DNA from: a virus
IMG/VR virus record: IMGVR_UViG_3300010157_000060
Coordinates: 7,672-71,671 of that record
DNA length: 64,000 nt
Strand: one strand, 5' to 3'
Shown: one piece after another, positions 56,868 through 64,000 of the stretch
Numbering within the stretch: the stretch's first letter is position 1
Layout of the letters: each line of letters starts with the position of its first letter
Notes under the pieces: model-generated
Told to the model about the DNA's origin: nothing
The model's input: the letters and a program-made list of their open reading frames with translations, nothing else
Databases searched by the model: none
Position numbers and translations under genes: made by a program

Positions 56868-57241
56868 CCATGCACCTTCTGCCTATCTACTTCAATGACC
56901 TCAAAGTACGCAAAGCTAAGAAGAAACCTACGGCTTCCATGTCTAAGCTCGAGTTTTCTAAGTTCAAGCACGAGATGTTCATCGCAAAGATGACGGGCGG
57001 CAAGAAAGCTGACAGGAAGATCCTCGACAGCGAGTGGCGTCGCGAGTACCGCGAGACCATGCAGCCAGCCCGCGATGGCTACATCTCAGCGGGCATGAGC
57101 AGCTCCTCGGCTCCAAAGCCAGAGGCAAAGGTATACACCGGCGGCAACCTCAAGGGAATCGCCACCATGCACAAGTCTAACATGGTTCCAGTGTTCAACT
57201 CACAGGACGCAGAGGACATCTCAAAGATGCGTCGTGGTTGA
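56864..57241 (+). CDS. Basic hypothetical protein
   Basis: C-terminal YTGGNLKGIATMHKSNMVPV; ATGA-coupled to the previous gene. Confidence 0.65.
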   Translation: MTMHLLPIYFNDLKVRKAKKKPTASMSKLEFSKFKHEMFIAKMTGGKKADRKILDSEWRREYRETMQPARDGYISAGMSSSSAPKPEAKVYTGGNLKGIATMHKSNMVPVFNSQDAEDISKMRRG

Positions 57242-57266
57242 CATTTTTTCCTCTTATAAATATAAT
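57238..57266 (+). promoter_or_regulatory. Consensus sigma70 promoter overlapping a late promoter
   Basis: TTGACA(57238)-N17-TATAAT(57261), with TATAAATA at 57255-57262. Confidence 0.8.
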
Positions 57267-57286
57267 AAGCTTTATAAGAGGTCTTC

Positions 57287-57844
57287 ATGGTTGACTTAAC
57301 TACGCAGGTAACTATAACTCAGTCTGGTCTCATGACGAGCCAGCCTCAGAACGTCAATTTCCTGTCTCCACTGGGGTTCAAGTTCTCTCTTAAGAGATCT
57401 CCGAACCTCAATTTTTTTGCGACTGATGTCAACATCCCATCGTTCGAGATCGGAACGATCGACATGCCGTCGCCGTTCAAGAAAATCGAGATCCCCGGCG
57501 ATAAGCCATCCTACGGCGACTTCATCATCACATTCAAAGTAGATGAGAACTTAGCTAACTACCTTGAGATCTACACTTGGCTAACCAAGCTCGGCTTCCC
57601 AGAGAACTTTGACCAGTTCAAGGCGCTGAGCTCGACTAGCAAGACGAGTGGTCAAGGAGTCACTTCCGATGGAACCCTGAGCATTCTCAACAGCTCGATG
57701 AAAGCGACTACTGAGATCCAGTTCGTCAACATGTACCCGTACAGCTTGAGTGAAGTCAACTTCACCACGGCAGACACGACCTTGAACTACGTTACTGCGA
57801 GAGTAGCTTTCAAGTTCAACCAGATGAAGATAGTGTCCCTCTAA
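57287..57844 (+). CDS. gp3: Tail completion/tube terminator gp3
   Basis: NFLSPLGFKF, PGDK, FKVDENLANYLEIYTW, MYPYSLSEVNF; precedes uvsY. Confidence 0.88.
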   Translation: MVDLTTQVTITQSGLMTSQPQNVNFLSPLGFKFSLKRSPNLNFFATDVNIPSFEIGTIDMPSPFKKIEIPGDKPSYGDFIITFKVDENLANYLEIYTWLTKLGFPENFDQFKALSSTSKTSGQGVTSDGTLSILNSSMKATTEIQFVNMYPYSLSEVNFTTADTTLNYVTARVAFKFNQMKIVSL

Positions 57845-57859
57845 CAAAGGCCCTATATT

Positions 57860-58294
57860 ATGAAGCTCGAAGAGATCCACGAGATGTGGTCGCAAGACTG
57901 CACCATGAATCGCCATGATCTAAGCGAAGAAGCTCTCAAGATTCCCAAGATGCACAGCAAGTACCTGCGTCTCTTCTCAGAAGAGAAGATGATTCTCAAG
58001 CGCATGACACAGGAGTTCAAAGAGCTAGCACTACTTAAGTTCGACTACTACCGCGGCATCTTACCAGATGAGGATCTCCGCGCTCAGGGATGGGAGCCTT
58101 TCAGACTCTCAGTACTCAAATCGGACATTGATAAATATCTTGAAGCGGACCAAGATATTATTAAGTTCAACCTGAAGATCTCCCTGCAGCAAGAGAAAGT
58201 GGACACTCTTGAGTCGATAATCAAGTCGATCAGCAACAGGGGATTCCTGATTAAGAGTGCGATTGACTTTGAGAAGTTTAAGGTTGGTGGATAA
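57860..58294 (+). CDS. uvsY: Recombination mediator UvsY
   Basis: IPKMHSKYL, LKSDIDKYLEAD, RGFLIKSAIDFEKF. Confidence 0.9.
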   Translation: MKLEEIHEMWSQDCTMNRHDLSEEALKIPKMHSKYLRLFSEEKMILKRMTQEFKELALLKFDYYRGILPDEDLRAQGWEPFRLSVLKSDIDKYLEADQDIIKFNLKISLQQEKVDTLESIIKSISNRGFLIKSAIDFEKFKVGG

Positions 58295-59756
58295 GGTGCA
58301 TCTCAGGAAGATCAACGCCGTCCACATGAGAGTAGAAGCTGAGCCGGCAGTAACGCAAGAGTTATCGGAGCACCTGACGTTCGACGTTCCAGGTGCTAAG
58401 TTCATGCCTGCAGTGCGCAATAAGTTCTGGGATGGTAAGATACGCCTACTCAATGCGCTAACGGGCGTTACTTACGTTGGCCTATCGGAGGAGATCAAGA
58501 AGTTCTGCGAGGCTAGGGACTACCAGATAACTCTCGATGATAGCATAACCTCGTGCGGCGCTGAGATACAGGAGAGCGACTACCTCAGCTTCATAGAGGC
58601 CATCAACTTGACGCTGAAGCCGAGGGACTACCAAGTAGAGGCATTCTGCAAGGCCATAGAGACTGGACGCAGGGTGTTCATATCACCCACTGCATCTGGT
58701 AAGTCCCTGATCATCTACCTCGTTACGAGATTCTACGGCCTGAAGACGCTCATCATCGTCCCTACTACGTCTCTCGTCGCCCAGCTATCCTCTGACTTCA
58801 AGGACTACGGGTACGACTCAGATAAGTACGTTCACCAGATATACAGCGGGCAAGAGAAGAAGAACAGCAAGCCAGTCACCATATCAACATGGCAGTCAAT
58901 ATACAAGCTACCAAAAGAGTGGTTCGATGAGTACGACGTCGTGATCGGTGACGAAGCTCACCAGTTCAAAGCTAAGTCGCTGACGACCATCATGGAGAAT
59001 ATGACGAGCACTGAGTTCAGGTTCGGCTTTACCGGAACACTTGACGGGTCGCTAACCAACAAGATGACTCTCGAGGGTCTATTCGGCCCAGTGATGCAGG
59101 TAACCACCACGAGAGATCTCATGGACGCCGGCAGCGTGGCAAACTTGAAGCTCAAGGTCCTGATTCTCAAGCACCCAAAAGAGATGTCCAAGCTCGCTAA
59201 GAAGTACACATACCAGCAGGAGATAGAGTACCTCATAGGGTATGAGCCGAGAAACAAGTTCGTCAGGAACTTAGCGCTATCACTAGAGGGAAATACGCTG
59301 CTGCTCTTCCAGATGGTTGACAAACATGGAAGAATATTGTATGATATGATCAAATCCAAAGCTGCGGACAGAAAAGTTTTCTTTATTCACGGTGGCGTAG
59401 ATGCTGAAGATCGAGAAGAAGTTAGAAAGATCGTTGAGCGAGAGCGAGATTCAATTATTGTTGCATCGTACGGAACTTTTTCTACTGGCGTCAATATCCG
59501 CAATCTTCATAACGTCGTGTTCGCTTCGCCTACTAAATCACGAATTAGAACTCTACAGTCAATCGGGCGCGGCCTACGAACAACCGATCAAAAGACATCG
59601 GTGAACGTGTACGACTTAGCTGACGACATGCGCATCGGCAGCTACACTAACTTTACTATCCAGCACTTGAGTGAGAGGCTCGAAATATATAATAGTGAGA
59701 ACTTTGATTACAAGATTTTTAATATGGAATTGAATGATGGCAAGAGCTCCGGCTAA
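58287..59756 (+). CDS. uvsW: SF2 DNA helicase UvsW
   Basis: WDGKIRL, RDYQ, SPTASGKS, DEAH, GFTGT, LQSIGRGLR; probable GTG start at 58287. Confidence 0.95.
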   Translation: MDKVHLRKINAVHMRVEAEPAVTQELSEHLTFDVPGAKFMPAVRNKFWDGKIRLLNALTGVTYVGLSEEIKKFCEARDYQITLDDSITSCGAEIQESDYLSFIEAINLTLKPRDYQVEAFCKAIETGRRVFISPTASGKSLIIYLVTRFYGLKTLIIVPTTSLVAQLSSDFKDYGYDSDKYVHQIYSGQEKKNSKPVTISTWQSIYKLPKEWFDEYDVVIGDEAHQFKAKSLTTIMENMTSTEFRFGFTGTLDGSLTNKMTLEGLFGPVMQVTTTRDLMDAGSVANLKLKVLILKHPKEMSKLAKKYTYQQEIEYLIGYEPRNKFVRNLALSLEGNTLLLFQMVDKHGRILYDMIKSKAADRKVFFIHGGVDAEDREEVRKIVERERDSIIVASYGTFSTGVNIRNLHNVVFASPTKSRIRTLQSIGRGLRTTDQKTSVNVYDLADDMRIGSYTNFTIQHLSERLEIYNSENFDYKIFNMELNDGKSSG

Positions 59757-60324
59757 GCACTACGTTGACAATAAGAGATTCTTCACCGAGATACTACAGT
59801 ACAAGGCTGCGTGTAAAGAAGCACTCAGCGCTGGAAAGCAGAAGCCGCGCATACCATCTTACTTAGGTGAGTGCCTCTACAAGATAGCATTCAGGCTATC
59901 ACTCAAACCTAACTTCGTCAACTACACATTCAGGGACGACATGGTCGCTGATGGCCTAGAGAAGTGCATCGCGTACTTCGACAACTTCGACCCAGAGAAG
60001 TCGACCAACCCCTTCGCCTACTTCACGCAGATCATCTACTTTGCTTTCCTAGCTAGGATCAACGGCGAGAAGAAGCACCTCTACATAAAGCAGAAGACAC
60101 TTGAGAACTTCTACTTCGAGGGAATGCTAGCCGAGCAGGGCAGGGACGGGGAGGAGAGGAACGTCAACGTGGATCTCGACAACGACTACATGCAGAACTT
60201 GGTAGCTAACTACGACAAGAAGCAAGCTGAGAAGAAAGAGAAGATCAAGGCAAAGAAAGCTGAGATCGGATTAGAGAAGTTCTACGGCATCAAAGACGAC
60301 ATGGAAGAAGAGATTGACGAATGA
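59734..60324 (+). CDS. gp55: Late-transcription sigma factor gp55
   Basis: HYVDNK, KPNFVNYTFRDDMVADG, NFDPEKSTNPFAYFTQI. Confidence 0.95.
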   Translation: MMARAPAKHYVDNKRFFTEILQYKAACKEALSAGKQKPRIPSYLGECLYKIAFRLSLKPNFVNYTFRDDMVADGLEKCIAYFDNFDPEKSTNPFAYFTQIIYFAFLARINGEKKHLYIKQKTLENFYFEGMLAEQGRDGEERNVNVDLDNDYMQNLVANYDKKQAEKKEKIKAKKAEIGLEKFYGIKDDMEEEIDE

Positions 60325-61421
60325 AAGTAGCGCTTATAACTGACACGCACTGGGGGATCAGAAATGACTCCTCTATAATGCACGACCACATGAAGAGGTT
60401 CCTCGACGATGTTTTCTTTCCTTACCTTGAGCGAGAGGGTATTCATACTGTTATTCATCTTGGGGATCTCGTTGATCGTCGCAAGTTTGTGAACTACATG
60501 ACTGCTAAGCGACTCCGCGATGACTTCCTAGAGCCGCTGAAGCAGAAAAACATAAAGATGCACATCATCGCGGGCAACCACGATACGTACTACAAGAACA
60601 CCAATGGAGTGAACGCTCTCGAAGAGCTGATCGGCAGCTCAAGGACTCCATATCCTGATCAAGAAGCTAGGCGCTATAACAACGTCCACATCGTCTATGA
60701 AAAGCCAGTTTGGCTTCAGCTAAAAGATATGACGAGCGTCTTTCTCATCCCATGGATCTGCGATGAGAACAAAGAAATTACGATGGAGTATCTCCAAAGA
60801 ACAACCGCAGCGATAGCGCTAGGTCACCTTGAGCTATCCGGATTTGAGATGTACAGGGGGCAAGTAAATGAACACGGAGACGATCCTAAGATCTTTGATA
60901 AATTCGATCTCGTTCTTTCTGGGCATTATCATACTCGGTCCAATAGTTCTAACATTTTTTACCTTGGTACTCCTGTTCAACATACTTGGTCTGATTATGG
61001 AGATCCTAAAGGTTTTCATATCTTGGATACTCGCACAAGAGAGTTGACATTTATTGAGAACCCGTATAATATCTTCTATAAGATGGTATATGACGATGCC
61101 GGAAAGTCCATCGACGAGGTGATAGTGTTTGATGCCGAGAAGCTCAAGAACTGCTACGTTAAAGTCATCGTGAAGAACAAGACTAACCCGTACTGGTTCG
61201 ACTTGCTAGTCGAGAAGATCGAGAAAGTTGGAGTTGCTGACCTGCAAGTCGTAGAGGATCACCTGAACTTAAACCTCATCGACGACACGGACATCGTCAG
61301 CGAAGCCGAGGACACCATAAGCATCATCAAGAACTACATCGGTGGGATGGTGATATCAGATAAGAAGAGAGTAGAGAGCATCATCCAGTCTCTCTACGTT
61401 GAAGCACATGAGATTGCATGA
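60321..61421 (+). CDS. gp47: Recombination endonuclease gp47 (Mre11/SbcD-like)
   Basis: TDTHWG, HLGDLVD, AGNHD, GHLE, SGHYH. Confidence 0.95.
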   Translation: MKVALITDTHWGIRNDSSIMHDHMKRFLDDVFFPYLEREGIHTVIHLGDLVDRRKFVNYMTAKRLRDDFLEPLKQKNIKMHIIAGNHDTYYKNTNGVNALEELIGSSRTPYPDQEARRYNNVHIVYEKPVWLQLKDMTSVFLIPWICDENKEITMEYLQRTTAAIALGHLELSGFEMYRGQVNEHGDDPKIFDKFDLVLSGHYHTRSNSSNIFYLGTPVQHTWSDYGDPKGFHILDTRTRELTFIENPYNIFYKMVYDDAGKSIDEVIVFDAEKLKNCYVKVIVKNKTNPYWFDLLVEKIEKVGVADLQVVEDHLNLNLIDDTDIVSEAEDTISIIKNYIGGMVISDKKRVESIIQSLYVEAHEIA

Positions 61422-63133
61422 TTTATTTTAAGAAGATACGCTGGCAGAACTTCCTATCAACTGGAAACGCCTTCACTGAGATTGATCTCGTCAAGGCCAA
61501 CACCACTCTCATAGTCGGGGAGAACGGAGCTGGTAAGTCGACTCTTCTCGACGCGCTGTCGTTTGTTCTCTACAACAAGCCGTTCCGCAAAGTCAACAAG
61601 CCTCAGCTAATGAACTCCATCAACAAGAGAGATCTAGTCGTTGAGATTGAGTTCGACATCGGGCCTAACATGTACAAGATCGTGCGCGGTCTCAAGCCTA
61701 CGATCTTTGAGGTGTACCAGAACGGGCGGATGCTCAACCAAGATGCCGCGTCCAGAGATTACCAGAGCGTTCTCGAGAAGCAGATCCTCAAGCTGAACCA
61801 CAAGAGCTTCTGCCAAGTAGTAGTACTCGGCTCAGCTTCGTTCGTTCCCTTCATGGAGCTACCTACTGGCCAGCGAAGGGAGGTCATCGAGGACCTACTC
61901 GACATCCAGATCTTCTCAATCATGAACTCCCTTCTCAAAGAGAAAGTAAGCTCAAATGCGGACCAGCTACTACGCGTTGACTACGAGTATGACCTGACGT
62001 CTGAGAAGATCAGCATGCAGCAGAAGTACCTAGAAGCTATTCAGAAGAACAACGAAGAGCAGATCGAGAAGCTTAAGCTTGAGTTGAGCACTTACACGAG
62101 CAAGATAGATGAAGAGAAGAAGAGCATCGAGAAAGTGGATCTTAGTATCAGAGCTCTTGAAGAGCAAATACAAGATCAGCACCAAGTCATCACGAAGCAG
62201 AAGAAGCTGCAGGTCCTCGACACGAGACTTGCTGATAAGCTGGCCAAACTCAAGTCTGAGATTGAGTTCTTTAACTCTCATGACAACTGTCCTACGTGTA
62301 AGCAGGGACTTGATCATGCCTTTAAGCACGAGACAGTCACTACTAAACAAGACCAAATTCAAGAGACGTCAGCCGGCGTTGACCAGCTCCGCGAAGAGAT
62401 ACAAAACATCCAAGATCGAATCGGACGAATATCTGAAGTTTCTTCTCAAATCACCTCACTTAACATTGAGAGGATTACGCATTCCAATACTATTACCGGA
62501 CTACTACAGCAATGTAAGAAGATTGCAAAAGACATTTCTGAGCTCGAACAGAAGACCGACGAGTACGCAACGAACGACGACAAGATGAAAGAGCTGGAAG
62601 AGATCTTAGAGTCTCTGTCAGATACCAAAGCTGAGCTGCTGAGAGATAAAGAAGCCCTCAGCATCGCAGCGCGCGTCCTAAAAGACGACGGCATCAAGGC
62701 CAAGATCATCAAGCAGTACGTTCCAGTCATAAATAAGCTCATCAACAAGTACCTCTCATCTATGGACTTCTTCGTTAACTTTGAGATGGACGAGAACTTT
62801 GAGGAGAAGATCAAGTCTCGCTTCAGAGACGAGTTCAGCTACGCCTCTTTCTCTGAGGGCGAGAAGATGAGAATCAACTTAGCGATCTTATTCACTTGGA
62901 GGGCCATCGCTAAGCTTCGCAATACAGCTAGCACTAACGTCCTCATCATGGACGAAGTTCTCGACGGCTCACTTGACTCCAACGGCACCGATGAGTTCTT
63001 AAAGATCATCGGTAACTTAACTCAGGACACGAACACCTTCATCATCAGCCACAAAGTTGACCAGATGGTGGACAAGTTCTCTAACGTCATCAAATTCGAG
63101 AAGCACAAGAACTTCAGCAGGATAGCAGCATGA
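61418..63133 (+). CDS. gp46: Recombination ATPase gp46 (Rad50/SbcC-like)
   Basis: GENGAGKST, zinc hook CPTC, FSEGE signature, IMDE, ISH. Confidence 0.96.
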   Translation: MIYFKKIRWQNFLSTGNAFTEIDLVKANTTLIVGENGAGKSTLLDALSFVLYNKPFRKVNKPQLMNSINKRDLVVEIEFDIGPNMYKIVRGLKPTIFEVYQNGRMLNQDAASRDYQSVLEKQILKLNHKSFCQVVVLGSASFVPFMELPTGQRREVIEDLLDIQIFSIMNSLLKEKVSSNADQLLRVDYEYDLTSEKISMQQKYLEAIQKNNEEQIEKLKLELSTYTSKIDEEKKSIEKVDLSIRALEEQIQDQHQVITKQKKLQVLDTRLADKLAKLKSEIEFFNSHDNCPTCKQGLDHAFKHETVTTKQDQIQETSAGVDQLREEIQNIQDRIGRISEVSSQITSLNIERITHSNTITGLLQQCKKIAKDISELEQKTDEYATNDDKMKELEEILESLSDTKAELLRDKEALSIAARVLKDDGIKAKIIKQYVPVINKLINKYLSSMDFFVNFEMDENFEEKIKSRFRDEFSYASFSEGEKMRINLAILFTWRAIAKLRNTASTNVLIMDEVLDGSLDSNGTDEFLKIIGNLTQDTNTFIISHKVDQMVDKFSNVIKFEKHKNFSRIAA

Positions 63134-63633
63134 GTAAAGAGATAGTAAAGTTTCCAGATAAAATCCTATCGACGCCAACTGCTAACTTTGACTTTGTAAC
63201 CCCGCAAGTCAACCCACACGAGCTCGTAAGAGAGATGCTCGAGATCATGAACGCCAATAAGGGAATAGGCCTCTCAGCTAACCAGATCGGGTATAGCGTG
63301 CGAGTGTTCGTAATGCGAGGTGTTGACCAGAACTACGCGTGCTTCAATCCAAAGATCGTTGGTCACAGCGAAGAAGAGAACACATTGGAGGAGGGATGCT
63401 TGTCATATCCAGGGCTAAACATAAAGATAAAGCGCTGGAATACGGTGAGGCTAAGGTTCCAGACGGCGTCGGGAGGTATAGACACTCTCAGCGTCGCCGG
63501 CCTCACTGCTAGGGTGATCCAACATGAGATCGATCACCTAGATGGATACCCCTTCTACAATCGCGCTAATAGGTACCACAGAGATAAAGCAATGAAAGGA
63601 TTTTACAATGGAAAATTTAGAGTCAACGCATGA
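63130..63633 (+). CDS. def: Peptide deformylase
   Basis: All three PDF motifs: GIGLSANQ, EGCLS, QHEIDH. Confidence 0.93.
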   Translation: MSKEIVKFPDKILSTPTANFDFVTPQVNPHELVREMLEIMNANKGIGLSANQIGYSVRVFVMRGVDQNYACFNPKIVGHSEEENTLEEGCLSYPGLNIKIKRWNTVRLRFQTASGGIDTLSVAGLTARVIQHEIDHLDGYPFYNRANRYHRDKAMKGFYNGKFRVNA

Positions 63634-63871
63634 TAGGAGACGCGGGTTCTCCATAGACGAGTTCGTAGTCTTGTTTCCAGAGACCGGCGATCTTATTGAA
63701 GAAACTGAAGACGGACAGTACTCAGTTTTAGTTGACATTTATAGGAAAGTAGATGATAATATGATTAAAGTGGAGAATGAGGAGGTAACTCCTGAACTCC
63801 AGACCAAGATCGAGGAGTACCTCACTAGAATGATGATGTCAGCAATCGAGAATGAACTAGGCGAAAAATGA
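63608..63871 (+). CDS. Acidic hypothetical protein
   Basis: 87-aa ORF with SD AAGGA, overlapping the end of def. Confidence 0.6.
   Translation: MENLESTHDRRRGFSIDEFVVLFPETGDLIEETEDGQYSVLVDIYRKVDDNMIKVENEEVTPELQTKIEEYLTRMMMSAIENELGEK
63732..63760 (+). promoter_or_regulatory. Sigma70-type promoter internal to the preceding ORF
   Basis: TTGACA-N17-GATAAT, about 108 bp upstream of the ATG at 63868. Confidence 0.55.
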
Positions 63872-64000
63872 ATATATTCTATATCGATGAGAACCCAGTA
63901 GAAGCTGCGACGATGATGGTGGACAAGCACGTGGTCAAGATGATCCTCGAGACTACACAGCTGCTATCTACTGCTCACCGCGTAATCGATGGTACAGAAT
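63868..64000 (+). CDS. Pyrimidine-dimer DNA glycosylase/DenV-like protein, N-terminus (truncated by the window)
   Basis: MNIFYIDENPVEAATMMVDKHVVKMILETTQLLSTAH; not in the ORF track; ATGA overlap with the previous gene. Confidence 0.65.
   Translation, partial: MNIFYIDENPVEAATMMVDKHVVKMILETTQLLSTAHRVIDGTE

Noticed and set aside
61044-61070. TTGACA...TATAAT inside gp47
   Set aside because: Spacer is only 15 bp, too short for a standard sigma70 promoter.

Overview
The whole window is a segment of a T4-superfamily (T4-like) myovirus genome, almost all on the + strand. It runs through the baseplate genes (gp5 C-terminus, gp25, gp6, gp7, gp8), a 2051-aa VrlC/DUF4815-type protein and three long Asn/Ser/Thr-rich fibres. 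Next come neck, terminase, tail, portal and head genes (gp13-gp23), a small early-promoter island, then gp3, uvsY, uvsW, gp55, gp47, gp46, a peptide deformylase and the start of a DenV-like gene. T4-type late promoters (TATAAATA) precede many structural genes. The stand-out feature is a ~9.7 kb enzyme cassette (21897-31559) between fibre genes, in the interval where T4 has gp9-gp12/wac. It encodes four glycosyltransferase-like proteins, two dioxygenase-like proteins, paired methyltransferases and sulfotransferase-like proteins, a Na+/solute symporter, an APS-kinase-like kinase and a stand-alone nucleotidyltransferase. The flanking virion proteins are packed with N-X-S/T sequons, so I propose a phage-encoded virion glycosylation/decoration system. 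Other notable structure: nested (domain-in-domain) repeats in gp7 and gp18, and an 858-aa prohead-core gene that reads like a protease-cleaved polyprotein. All calls come from motif recognition and gene order by eye; no searches were run and the host is not determined.
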